Shown here piece by piece: positions 29,686 through 39,676 of a DNA stretch of 64,000 nucleotides. This DNA is from a virus (lineage: Duplodnaviria > Caudoviricetes). A program made the translations under genes and the position numbers. The stretch lies in IMG/VR virus record IMGVR_UViG_3300021399_000132, positions 25,746 through 89,745 of that record, one strand, 5' to 3'. The first letter of the stretch is position 1, and each line of letters begins with the position of its first letter. The notes beneath the pieces were generated by a model. It had not been told where the DNA came from. It saw only the letters and a list, made by a program, of their open reading frames with translations, and ran no database searches.

Positions 29686-32600
29686 ACCCACTGTACTGCT
29701 ATTCTGAATAGCAGCATTTGCCGCCGCAATAAGGGCGGCCGATTTATCAAATGATGTGTTAGTGGCTGCCAATGCGGCACCAGCACGCTCATACGCTTCC
29801 ATCATTTCGCCAGCCGATACAGCGTACTTCTGACCAATGTCAACAAGGACGTCTGATACATGCTCTGCCTGTTCAACATGCATGTTATAACCCTTGATGA
29901 TTGCGGTCAGACCGGTTGTTGCCTCGTCGGTAGAAACGTTGGCTACATTTGAAAGGGTGGTCGCATATTCTGCGAGCACCGTCGCATCCGGTAAAGAATA
30001 ACCGAGTCTTGAGAACACTTCGATAGAGGCTGCGATATCAGTAATACTCTTACCAAGTTCTGACGCGATTTTTGATGCTGTATCGTAGAACTCTTCAAGC
30101 TCTTTATCGGTTGCACCAGTTACGATCTGTAATTGGGCAAAGGAATCTTCAAGCTCAATGGCAACATTTGCCATCTCCCTAAGAGTCTGCCACGCCTTAC
30201 GAGCAAGATAGAGCGGAGTGATAAAGCGAGTTAGTTGCTGGGCGAGCTCAGAAAACTTACTTGATGTTTTATCTGTGCTATAACCAGCCTCATCTAAAAC
30301 CTTTCTATACTCATTTAGTGACCCAGTTACTTGGGCAACTTTCTTATCATATTCGCCTGTCGTATATTCGCCGGAACGTAATTTCTCTTCAGCATCATCA
30401 AGTTCAAAACCTAATTTCTGAATCTCTTCATAAGCTTTACGAACCTTGTCACTACTATCTTCGGCGGCTTTTTCATACCCAACGCATGCGTCCTCGATAT
30501 CCTTGTATACCTTAGCAGTCTTTTTAATATGACTCTCATGCTGACCGAATTCTTTAGTCAAGCCTTTGACTGACATTTCAGAATCACGATAAATAGCCTT
30601 CATATTAGCCATTATCGTATTGAATTCTTTTTGTGTCAGATTAAGCCCGTCGAGTTCTTCCCCCAATGAGCCAAGAAGGGCAAGGTATGCATTTAACCGC
30701 TGAACATTTGCATTGTCCATCGATACGCCCGCGGCGCCAGCATTATTAATAAGGCTAGAAACTCGACCAAATTCTCCAGCAATGGTACCCTGCGCCTGCG
30801 TTGTGTTGACCCTTGCGGCCTCGGCTTTTGCTGCCTCCCTAGCTGCTGCGGCTTCTTCCCTGTTAAGCTGAATAGCGAATCCAAGCTGTTTGGAATAGAG
30901 CTGAATCTCAGCGACCGAATTTTCGAGTGCAGAATCGTAATTGGCCTGAGACATACCGGCGCGATCGATCTCTTCCTCAAGAAGGCTGAACCAATCACGC
31001 ATATCTACGAGAGCGCGAAGTGCCTCGTTATCATCGGTCACACCATTACCGATTGCCTTGTCGATAACGCCTTGTATTTTTAACTGAGCATTCTGTAATT
31101 CCAAAGCGGCGGCCTTGGAATTTACCATTTCAACTTCTTGTTCTTTTTGTGCGGCCGTCTGCTCTTTGAGAATGCTTATTAATAGGCTACTCTTAGACCT
31201 GGCATTATCCATGAAGAGATTGTAATCCTTCTGGGCAACGCCGCCGTTCTTGATGGCATCTTCTAGCATCTCATATGAACCGATCAGGTTTTTAGTCTGA
31301 GTCAATTCGCCACTCTTAACACCAGCCTCCAAAGCTATGTTGTATTCATCTTGAGCTTTACGTTTAGCCTTCGTTACATCTGCCAAACGCCCATCAATTT
31401 CAACAAGTTTTTCTTCAGACGCGGCCGCCTCGTCAGCAGTCATCTTGAAGTTTTCAGCACCTTGAGCTAACTTTGCAGTCCAAGTGACCTCATCTGTTTC
31501 CTCATTAACATCTCGTGTAAACTGTACAATACGCTGGAATGCGCCGCCAGTTTCATTAAGACCGGAAAGAATAACGGAGGTTACATGTCTACCTTCTTCA
31601 CCATAATTTCGCCAGTTAACTTTGACGTTGTCGATCTTCCCATCAACAGCATCCAGGGCGTTGACGATTGATGCAATGTCTTCTTTAGGGACGGCCCTAG
31701 TCGCTAATGCGTCTGCAACGTCTCCTTTGAGCCCCTTACTTTTTGTTACATCGAAAATTGCTTCCTCGAAATCATTTACACTGGATGTTGCAGTCTCGGT
31801 GGCCTGAGAAACGTTTTGCATCCTGTCGATAATTTTATCGAGCTCTTGTGTGCTGTCGCCCTTGAGCGTAAGGTCAACATTATTCTCTTTAAGTATTTCA
31901 ACAGCTCGTGCAAGATTTTCGACATTTGTAATGGACGCTTTACTTACCTTTAATCCATTGATTCCAGAGGTGTCAACATTAAAAATCTTTTCAAGTTTAT
32001 TTGCGTTAATAGCAGTGATATTAGGAAGGTGTGTGGCAAGGTGCTCTAATGATGCTTTACTGACTTTTAAATTGTTTATGCCATTTACAGGATTTGCTTC
32101 GAAAATTTTTTGAACCTTCTCTGGGTCAACCTTCTCAGAAATTGTAGGTAAAAATTCTGCCATATTTGACAAAGAAGTTTTACTAACCTTTAGTTCATTC
32201 AAGCCCGTTATTTCGAAACGAATAGGCTTACCATTGCCAGCATCCGATATAGTCTGAAGCTGCTTTACCAAACTAACTAGATTATTAGCCGTGCTGCCGC
32301 TCATTGACTCACCACCAATAGTTGCCAGGTTTCTAAATGCCTGCGAAATAGAGGCGAGTTTATTGCCGTCAACATTAGCGTATTCAGTCATAGCGGTAAT
32401 TAGCTTTGTTAGTGGTTCATACGCATCCTTCGCCTCATCAGACATTTCGTCAATAGCTTTATTTAATTCATCAAAAGATTTCTTGACGTCGCCAGAGCCA
32501 CTCGCTTCCGGCATTACAAAATTACCATCCTGAATGAGGTTAATCTTTTTTAAAACCTCGTCTAATGTTGTAGTAATAGTTTTTAATGTGGCGAGCAATG

Positions 32601-33048
32601 TATTAAAAACATCGCTATCGATAGACCCACCGCCGGAGACATCGTCACGCATCAAACCATATTCTTCTTTAAACCTAACAATGGCTTGCGATGCCGTTAA
32701 ATAACCTTCTTCTACTTCTCGAAGAGTATCGTCAAAATTGCCAAGATTCCAACCGTCAGAGCTCAACAATTTCTGGGATTCGAGGAACGCTTCTACTTCA
32801 TTTCTGGCGTTTGCCATTGTGTTTTCGAAACGAGCCAATCTTTCATTCATCTCATCGAATCCAGTCTCTTTTTTTAAGTCTGACAATTCCTCTTTTAAAG
32901 ATTCGATTTGATCTCTTAAGCCGCCAATTTTATCATTTAAACGATCAGTCTCTTCGCCTGATGCTTTTAATTCACCTTCCAGTCGAGTGATGTCTTCTTG
33001 ACCGGAGACTTGTACAATGTTATTAATTACATTTTCAAATTTTGGCAT
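29686..33048 (-). CDS. tape measure protein, exon 1
   Basis: Long helical protein ending in the conserved TMP core (LEDSFAQL...NSSTVG). Confidence 0.9.
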
Positions 33049-33061
33049 TTATCTTCACCCC

Positions 33062-33742
33062 CTACAATTTAGCAATCCTTTCATTGACGCGCTGCATAGC
33101 TTTATTGTTGTGTTCGTTGGATATGCTGCAAAACCTTTCGAACATTTCTCCTTTTTCTGCTTCTTCCAGTTTGCGTCTAAAAATATCTAAAGGAGATTCT
33201 GATTGAAATGCCGGGCTGTCATACCAACGACCAAACCTATGCTTAAACATAGTTCCATCGTCGTCCATGACCCATCCAACCGTTCTCCAATAGGGAGTGC
33301 CCTCCGCCGGGTGATATCCCCATTTCTTCGGGTTTGTCGTAATCTTGGTAGCTCCGCCATGAAATCCCATTTCAAATACGACTTTATACAATTCTTTATT
33401 ATTCCCATGACGATCTGGAGCCATTTTACTCGCATCAATTAGGTCGTCAGCTGTTTCGTAATCAAGTTGCCCAGTAGATTTATCTATATCTAAATCTGCT
33501 AATAAATTATATAAGCTTTCTCTTCGTCTATATCTAACAGGATCATATGCTCCATACCATTCTGCAACGGCGGAATTAAACACATCCCGAACGATTCTTT
33601 TTTGTTCTGGAACAAATTCGTCATTGACTTTTGCCATCTCCTTTGACACTTCTTCATTCATGATATCTTGAACAGCCTTTACACGCTCAGCTATTCTCTT
33701 ATTTACGGCGGAGATTACCTTGTTCACTTCTTCACTGCTCAT
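33062..33742 (-). CDS. hypothetical tail-region protein
   Basis: 226-aa ORF directly before the tape measure gene. Confidence 0.65.
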   Translation of the reverse strand: MSSEEVNKVISAVNKRIAERVKAVQDIMNEEVSKEMAKVNDEFVPEQKRIVRDVFNSAVAEWYGAYDPVRYRRRESLYNLLADLDIDKSTGQLDYETADDLIDASKMAPDRHGNNKELYKVVFEMGFHGGATKITTNPKKWGYHPAEGTPYWRTVGWVMDDDGTMFKHRFGRWYDSPAFQSESPLDIFRRKLEEAEKGEMFERFCSISNEHNNKAMQRVNERIAKL

Positions 33743-34133
33743 CCATCATACTCCCGGTTTGTAATATTAACCTGGCGCTTTCCAAAATTGCATCAATCTG
33801 AGCAGGATTTGTTCTTTTGTAGACAATTTCAAAAAGGTCTGACGCGTAAATTATGTAATATAAAGTGTCGATATCGGTTGGCAAATCAACGTAGGCATAT
33901 GCGTTAATAATATTGACCCTAAAAGAAAAATCTAATAACATGAACGATTTGCTGTAGTCATCTCCAATACAATCTTGCACGATGGCGGACACGACTCCTG
34001 TAAATTCGTCTAGTGTGAGCATACTTTTGACTATTATTTCTGAGGTGTGCCACAATGCCTTTTTACATTGCCTGCCGGACACGCCTGCCAATCTTACAAC
34101 ATCATTCGATGACAATTTCTTAATTTGACCCAT
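33732..34133 (-). CDS. hypothetical tail-region protein
   Basis: 133 aa, partly resembling the upstream gene. Confidence 0.6.
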   Translation of the reverse strand: MGQIKKLSSNDVVRLAGVSGRQCKKALWHTSEIIVKSMLTLDEFTGVVSAIVQDCIGDDYSKSFMLLDFSFRVNIINAYAYVDLPTDIDTLYYIIYASDLFEIVYKRTNPAQIDAILESARLILQTGSMMDEQ

Positions 34134-34175
34134 AATTTCATCGATGCCAATGCGGCACCCTCCTTTCTTAATTGA

Positions 34176-34763
34176 TTATCCTCTCTTTTCTACGAGTTTA
34201 TGATCGCGCTTTTTCCTTTCATCAAGCAACGCAGAAACAATTTTATTTTCATCAATATTTGCATTTGACAGTACTTTGATAAAGTCTTCGAATTGTTCTC
34301 CATCAACTTCTCCAACCGTCTCATTCAAAACATTCGCCAGACTCTTCATCATTGCATAGATGTCTGCCATCTGCTTTTCTGCGGCAGATCTTCTGTCGTA
34401 CTTAATTAAGTTGATATGTTCGTTGATCGCAGACCACAGAGTGTCGAGCTGGTCAGGATCAATTACCTCATATACGGCGTCACACAGATTTGTTCCATAC
34501 AAGATCTTGTATTCAGCCGCAATATCTTCAGGCATTTCGATATTTGTATATCTGCGGATTAACTCCCGACGACGTTCAAAATCAAGAACGGCAGGGTAGT
34601 AATCGCCATTCTCATCAATGCATCCGGCAACCACATCATCGATATATCCCATTGCATCTTCAACCGGGAGGAATCTCTTTACCTCAATTGTGTAACCATT
34701 CCATTCAAAAGTTCTAACATCGTTTTCAACAATCGATTCATTAATAGCAACTTTTTCTGCCAT
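34176..34763 (-). CDS. putative tail assembly chaperone
   Basis: Start reassigned to ATG 34763 (AGGAGA RBS); acidic helical; upstream of the tape measure gene. Confidence 0.5.
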   Translation of the reverse strand: MAEKVAINESIVENDVRTFEWNGYTIEVKRFLPVEDAMGYIDDVVAGCIDENGDYYPAVLDFERRRELIRRYTNIEMPEDIAAEYKILYGTNLCDAVYEVIDPDQLDTLWSAINEHINLIKYDRRSAAEKQMADIYAMMKSLANVLNETVGEVDGEQFEDFIKVLSNANIDENKIVSALLDERKKRDHKLVEKRG

Positions 34764-34764
34764 A

Positions 34765-35286
34765 TTATTCTCCTTCTTTTTCCTTAGCTTTCCATGACGG
34801 CAACTCTTCATCTGCTGCCGCATATTCGTGCACAACTATATCCAAAACAGTCCTCGGATTGTCGTGGTCTGTTGCACACTCCAAAGTAATTTTCGCGATG
34901 TGTTCAGAGTCGTCATCATCAATCATTCCACTCTGCACAAGCCCATCAAGAATGAACTTTGGCACACCGTTGTCGAGATCATGTCTACGATTCGTCTCGT
35001 AAAATATCTTCTGCGAAATCTCACATCGCTTTATGCGCAGGTTAGAATAACCTCGATCTTCGACAAGCCAACATATAAAATCTTTCCATTTTTGTTTCAG
35101 CCCGTTCATCATAGGCCGACGCATAATCATCCATTGATTTATGCTTTCGTGATACGGATGCTTGATAGGACGTACCCGAGCTTTGGGATGTAAAGTAAAA
35201 TATGCTTCGGTATAACGATCCAATAAAGCATTATCAATTACCAACGTAATTTCATCTGATATCTCCTTGTCCAAAATTTGTCTCAC
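34765..35286 (-). CDS. rusA: RusA-like Holliday junction resolvase
   Basis: RRHDLDN...ILDGL...IDDDD motif. Confidence 0.8.
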   Translation of the reverse strand: MRQILDKEISDEITLVIDNALLDRYTEAYFTLHPKARVRPIKHPYHESINQWMIMRRPMMNGLKQKWKDFICWLVEDRGYSNLRIKRCEISQKIFYETNRRHDLDNGVPKFILDGLVQSGMIDDDDSEHIAKITLECATDHDNPRTVLDIVVHEYAAADEELPSWKAKEKEGE

Positions 35287-35422
35287 TTTCGCTTTTAAGC
35301 TAAATAAAGAAAAGAAGGCATCCCATTACGAGATACCTTCTTACACCCTCAAAAATAAAAAATACCAAGATTAAACAAAGTTGTACTTACACATTCTAGG
35401 CCGTTACCACCAGATGTTAGAG

Positions 35423-35821
35423 TTATTCAGCCGCGACCTTAGCAATCCAACCGGCCAGAATGCCACGCTCATATTCTGAGCCAGCATCATCCATCATTCT
35501 TTCCAGCCGATCTACGATCCGATCGTTGATGCTATGACGGCTCTCGCCATGGTCATAGCGCTCATATCGATTTGAATATCTACGGCCTCTGCCTCTTGCA
35601 TAATTGCCACGACGATAAGAAGAGTATGATCCACCGCGTTCGGAATATTCATCCTCATCTTCGTCGACGTCTTCGTTGAATTTGCGAATCTTTTCAAGCA
35701 AACAGACAGCTTCTTTCGCGTTCTGAACTTCAGCAGGGGTGAGGTCTCCTTTTTTGACCATCTTCTCGAGTTCGGTACTGATCGTATCCTCGAGGTTCTC
35801 TAAAACTCTTTCGATCTCCAT
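35423..35821 (-). CDS. five-gene module, gene 5 (helical, with an RG/Y-rich insert)
   Basis: Acidic stretch then SYRRGNYARGRGRRYSNRY. Confidence 0.8.
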   Translation of the reverse strand: MEIERVLENLEDTISTELEKMVKKGDLTPAEVQNAKEAVCLLEKIRKFNEDVDEDEDEYSERGGSYSSYRRGNYARGRGRRYSNRYERYDHGESRHSINDRIVDRLERMMDDAGSEYERGILAGWIAKVAAE

Positions 35822-35829
35822 AATTCACC

Positions 35830-36270
35830 TCACGCCCGCTGAATGACAATATTTGCATTTGTCATTGCAATCGGAATAGTACTTGTATTTGTAATTGTGA
35901 CTGTTTCACAGCAGCCTCTCCATACTTCGACGTTTGCCGCACGGCTCACGTTGAAGAACTCTTCGACAGCTGCCGGAGTTACAATCATCTCTGTAGCAGG
36001 TACGTTTGCCCCGTCAAGTGCAATCGCAACCGAAATCGGCCCGACTGTTTCATTTTCAGGCACTGCGATATTAGCTCCGAAATCAACAAAATAGTTCGCT
36101 GTTTTCTTACATCTGCACGCAGTAGGGGAAACATATCCGCTCAGAAGGAAGTTGCCAGCTCCTTCTCTGTGTCTAACAAAGCCGTATCTGCATGGCTCAA
36201 CAGTGACATTGAACACAGCAGATGCGCCCGGATTGATTACCTGTCTAGCATCATTACTGAATTCAGCCAT
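35830..36270 (-). CDS. five-gene module, gene 4 (beta-sandwich, Cys pairs)
   Basis: Start reassigned to ATG 36270; beta-strand pattern, CRC and CC. Confidence 0.8.
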   Translation of the reverse strand: MAEFSNDARQVINPGASAVFNVTVEPCRYGFVRHREGAGNFLLSGYVSPTACRCKKTANYFVDFGANIAVPENETVGPISVAIALDGANVPATEMIVTPAAVEEFFNVSRAANVEVWRGCCETVTITNTSTIPIAMTNANIVIQRA

Positions 36271-36284
36271 GTCAGCACCTCCCG

Positions 36285-37070
36285 TTAGGCGCCACAACCA
36301 CAGCCGTATCCGTACATGTTGTTAGCACAGCAATTAGGGTTCTGAACCATATACGCAGGAATCGGAGTAGGATTCAGATAGTGCTCAAGTGCAGCTGTCT
36401 GAGCGGCATTATCAGCAATGATCTGTGCCATACGGTTGTTGTTAGCCGCTTCAAGGTTTGCAGCAGCCAGCTGGCTCTGGAGCTCAGCAATCTTTTCGTT
36501 CTTGGCATCAATCTTGTCATTGCACATCTGGTCGAGAATTCTCTGAATACCTGCATTCTGGTTGGCCAGAACATCACGAACCGCATCAGAAACTGCAGCA
36601 CGATCTGCACAATTCTCGCTGAGAATTGTAGAGTTTAAGTTAGCTGTAGCTAACCTATTGTCACAGCAACACTGCGCGAGCTGAGAAGCGAGGCTGCTAA
36701 TTCCGCCGGAAATAGCTGTCTGTGTTGCAAAGGCCTGCTGCATGTTCGCCATCTGGCGAGCGTTGTCAGCGACTTCTGCATTTGCGAAACCTGCATTAAC
36801 TGCAGTTCCAAGGTTGGCAACTGCGGATGATACACCTGTGATTCCGTTCATGACAGCAGACTGGTCGAAGCCACGCTGTACATCATTCTGAACATATCCG
36901 GCGCCACCTCCAAAGCCAGCGCCAAATCCATTTCCACCCCATCCGATGAGAAGAAGTACGATGAGCCACCAAGCTCCATCGCCGCCGAAACCAAAACCGG
37001 AACCGGAATTTCCATACATAGGGGATACGGGCATAATCATACCGCCATTGTTGTCGTAAGAAAGACTCAT
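36285..37070 (-). CDS. five-gene module, gene 3 (Gly-rich N-terminus, CCC, coiled coil, Cys/Gly tail)
   Basis: Start reassigned to ATG 37070 (GGAGG); GFGFGGDGAWW, AQCCCDNR, NCCANNMYGYGCGCGA. Confidence 0.85.
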   Translation of the reverse strand: MSLSYDNNGGMIMPVSPMYGNSGSGFGFGGDGAWWLIVLLLIGWGGNGFGAGFGGGAGYVQNDVQRGFDQSAVMNGITGVSSAVANLGTAVNAGFANAEVADNARQMANMQQAFATQTAISGGISSLASQLAQCCCDNRLATANLNSTILSENCADRAAVSDAVRDVLANQNAGIQRILDQMCNDKIDAKNEKIAELQSQLAAANLEAANNNRMAQIIADNAAQTAALEHYLNPTPIPAYMVQNPNCCANNMYGYGCGCGA

Positions 37071-37110
37071 AATAATATTACCTCCAAGGTTAGCCAACCT
37101 TTTCTAAACT

Positions 37111-37347
37111 TTAAAAAGGATGTCGCCCAGTCAGGTTGTTTGCAATCTGCATTGCTTGATTTAACTGTTCCTGAGTGATCTGGGACGACTGCAGCATAGA
37201 TTGAACTATGCTTTGCGGATTAAAATTCGGTGGTAATATCTTAGCCATTTGCTGTGCTCGCGCAAGGACATTGTTATACATCCCGGCATTATTCATTTGA
37301 GGAGTCGGTATATTTCCCCCAAGTTTTTCAAAAAGGGGGTTAGACAT
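37111..37347 (-). CDS. five-gene module, gene 2 (Q/N/M-rich)
   Basis: MSNPLF...NPQSIVQSMLQSSQITQEQLNQA. Confidence 0.8.
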   Translation of the reverse strand: MSNPLFEKLGGNIPTPQMNNAGMYNNVLARAQQMAKILPPNFNPQSIVQSMLQSSQITQEQLNQAMQIANNLTGRHPF

Positions 37348-37834
37348 TCTTATTATTTCCTTTCGAAGCGTTCGTCTGGTTGCTTCTGTTTGCCATTTGC
37401 TTAATATAATTCATGATCTCATTGAGGTCATCCTTTGTTGCAAAATTACTTGTATCAATTGGCGGCGCCGCCTGTGCGGTTTCGCTCTGCATATTAAGAT
37501 TAAGCGGTTCGTATTTAAATGCCATCAAAGGTTCAGGCCTTCCATCGGGCCCGACGACCTTGATATAAAAAATCTGATCCTTAGAGTCCAGAAGAACTGC
37601 TCTAGAACCAGGTTCCATTTGATATGCTTCAGCACCAGCCTGACCGGCTACCCAAATAATATTCTTATTGTTGACTGCATTTGCATAGCCCTGCATCGGC
37701 TGTTGATACTGGCTGTATTGCTGGGACGTACCATACGGTTGCGTCTGATAATAAGGTATAGTGCCAGCAGACGGGTAAGTCTGCGGCTGCGGTACCGGCT
37801 GGTACATCCCATACGGATAATTATAATTTGCCAC
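37340..37834 (-). CDS. five-gene module, gene 1 (Q/Y/P-rich N-terminus plus globular domain)
   Basis: GTG start, GGAGG RBS; about 55-aa Y/Q/P low-complexity stretch then NIIWVAG...LLDSKDQIFYIK. Confidence 0.8.
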   Translation of the reverse strand: MANYNYPYGMYQPVPQPQTYPSAGTIPYYQTQPYGTSQQYSQYQQPMQGYANAVNNKNIIWVAGQAGAEAYQMEPGSRAVLLDSKDQIFYIKVVGPDGRPEPLMAFKYEPLNLNMQSETAQAAPPIDTSNFATKDDLNEIMNYIKQMANRSNQTNASKGNNKNV

Positions 37835-37978
37835 AGTAAACCTCCTTTAAAATAAAAAAAATAACAACGTTATTAAATTCACTGCACAAAATGATTATTT
37901 CAAGCATACGGAAGGGGATGACAAAACCCCGTTAACTCCGTGACAAAACAACAAGAAGGGGATACCGACCCCTAAAAT

Positions 37979-38134
37979 TTATTTGTCATCTTCCTTATCC
38001 TCGGTGTCCTCAGCATCACGAGGTAGATGAATATGACATGAATTCGCCAATGATTTTAGTTCCCTGCGCTCATTTACAATGACCTCGGGAAAATCGTCAG
38101 CCTTATAAAAATAAGATCTGTTATTTCCGCTCAT
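37979..38134 (-). CDS. 51-aa acidic-tailed peptide (not in ORF track)
   Basis: Open frame MSGNNRSYF...EDKEDDK translated by hand. Confidence 0.4.
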   Translation of the reverse strand: MSGNNRSYFYKADDFPEVIVNERRELKSLANSCHIHLPRDAEDTEDKEDDK

Positions 38135-38162
38135 ACATTACCCAAAATTATAAGTCTTTCTT

Positions 38163-38279
38163 TTATGCGTCATCTTCTGAGCCGATCTTGAGCGCACCCC
38201 ATAATAAGAAAATAAGACCTGTCTGAATTAGACAGAATCCAATAAGTTCTATAATTTCAAATACTTCAAGCGACTTCAT
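38163..38279 (-). CDS. 38-aa hydrophobic peptide
   Basis: Start reassigned to ATG 38279 (GAGG RBS); one TM stretch. Confidence 0.5.
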   Translation of the reverse strand: MKSLEVFEIIELIGFCLIQTGLIFLLWGALKIGSEDDA

Positions 38280-38289
38280 GATTCGCCTC

Positions 38290-38740
38290 AAAAGAGAGAA
38301 TGTATATACATTCGTAATGTTTCTTTCATAATTTATAAATGCTGCCCATGTCTCCCCGAGCTCCATGATTGTCGAGCTTCGGTACTGCATGGGCATGTAT
38401 TAATCAACCTCTGCCTTTCTCATGCTCTTATATAGAGAGAGCTTTCACGGCCACTCCTCGGAGATCCGCGGGCGTAGGTGGGTCACGAACTTAATCTGAC
38501 CCAGTTATTTTGAATAATCACACGGTAAGGATTTGCACCTTACAGCCTTGCTGTGTTTGCAAGCATCGCCAAATGTCAGGCGCTGTGTCTACATATTCCA
38601 CCACGTGTGATAAACCCTGCCCCAACTCTAACAGACAGGTACAGTCCCATATTGTTCATACGGTTCTGCCGTGATCGGTTCCCGTAGGAGTGCCGATAGC
38701 TTTTCCGCATATCCATTGCCTAGGTTGATATGCGGCAATC
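38290..38740 (-). ncRNA. candidate structured RNA cluster
   Basis: At least eight hairpins, including a C(UACG)G tetraloop; no convincing ORF. Confidence 0.45.
38518..38610 (-). tRNA. non-canonical class II tRNA-like element
   Basis: 7-bp acceptor UCACACG/CGUGUGA, Leu-like D arm, long variable arm, T arm UAAGG-UGCAAAU-CCUUA; 8-nt anticodon loop; no CCA. Confidence 0.55.
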
Positions 38741-38743
38741 AAG

Positions 38744-38899
38744 TCAGATTATTAAGATTCGAGCTATAGCCACATACATGAATACGATGAAAACTAAACA
38801 AACCAATCCCTCCGGGATGTCCATCATTCCGTTGTTCATCTCAATAAGGACGAATGCGGCGATGGCTCCGAGGGCGGCTGAGATAGTTCCAATAATCAT
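38744..38899 (-). CDS. 51-aa two-TM peptide (not in ORF track)
   Basis: MIIGTISAALGAIAAFVLI...LVCLVFIVFMYVAIARILII. Confidence 0.55.
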   Translation of the reverse strand: MIIGTISAALGAIAAFVLIEMNNGMMDIPEGLVCLVFIVFMYVAIARILII

Positions 38900-38924
38900 A
38901 CTTGTTGTGATTTAAAGCCCCGTG

Positions 38925-39059
38925 CTAACACTCGCGAATCCACAGAACTGTATAACCTTCAAGTGAGAGCCATGCATACGCATATTCTTCATTTTTAAAA
39001 TACCTGACAATAGGCTTTGTGACTTTACCCTGTTTGACTAGGCATTCAAATTTTTTCAT
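38925..39059 (-). CDS. 44-aa peptide (not in ORF track)
   Basis: MKKFECLVKQGKVTKPIVRYFKNEEYAYAWLSLEGYTVLWIREC. Confidence 0.55.
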   Translation of the reverse strand: MKKFECLVKQGKVTKPIVRYFKNEEYAYAWLSLEGYTVLWIREC

Positions 39060-39077
39060 TTTTCCCATAAAGCTTCA

Positions 39078-39326
39078 TCAGAGCCAATCAGGAATGCATT
39101 TGTTCTCAAACTTCTTGTACGCATCGAGATACCATTCGTGCTTAACGCCGTTGTAAGTAACCTCGTAGTACATACCATCGGTAAGTGTTGATGAGATCAA
39201 GAACTTCCAGTTCTGGAGCGCCTTGCACTTCCATACAGTAAACACGCTAAACGCCGGAATATCATCAGTTTTATCAAGATGGTCAGATACATACTGTCTG
39301 ACAATTTCAAGTGCCTTCTGTTCCAT
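39078..39326 (-). CDS. DUF6275-like phage protein
   Basis: VWKCKALQNWK.LIS....DGMYYEVTYNG...E.YLDAYKK.EN pattern. Confidence 0.7.
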   Translation of the reverse strand: MEQKALEIVRQYVSDHLDKTDDIPAFSVFTVWKCKALQNWKFLISSTLTDGMYYEVTYNGVKHEWYLDAYKKFENKCIPDWL

Positions 39327-39352
39327 ATTTTCTTACCTCATTTTTGTGACTT

Positions 39353-39541
39353 TCATCTCACTTCCAACGTTCCAAGTGTGCAGTGACAAATGCCACTTCC
39401 TCCGTTGCTCGGATGATTTGCACAGTATCGGCATGGTGTTGAAAGTGTAGGGACTTCATGATTGAGTTTTTCCATCGAAGACCGTTCTGCTGTAAGCAGA
39501 TAATCTTTGATTGTCTGTAGTGTTGTTTCGTTTGGTTCCAT
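39353..39541 (-). CDS. small Cys/His protein
   Basis: PCRYCANHP.NGGSGICHC motif; GAGGTG RBS. Confidence 0.6.
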   Translation of the reverse strand: MEPNETTLQTIKDYLLTAERSSMEKLNHEVPTLSTPCRYCANHPSNGGSGICHCTLGTLEVR

Positions 39542-39676
39542 AAGTCACCTCTAGTGATTTAAAGCTCCCGAGTAGACGGTGGATAGCGGAGTAGCCACGA
39601 CACTCCTTCTGAACTTGTGAGATTCATACTCTTTATGGGCATCCGCTGTTTGCACACTTTCCACCGTCACTGTGAT

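Noticed and set aside
34133-34230. Programmed -1 frameshift in the tail chaperone
   Set aside because: Only GGAAAAAG is present, not a canonical X XXY YYZ heptamer, and the next ORF has its own RBS
37880-37950. Spo0A boxes or a sporulation-sigma promoter before the five-gene module
   Set aside because: TGACAAAA occurs twice (37919, 37941) but mismatches TGNCGAA; too weak to call
38290-38740. Known self-cleaving ribozyme or tmRNA
   Set aside because: No hammerhead, twister, pistol or HDV core, and no tmRNA termini, recognised by eye
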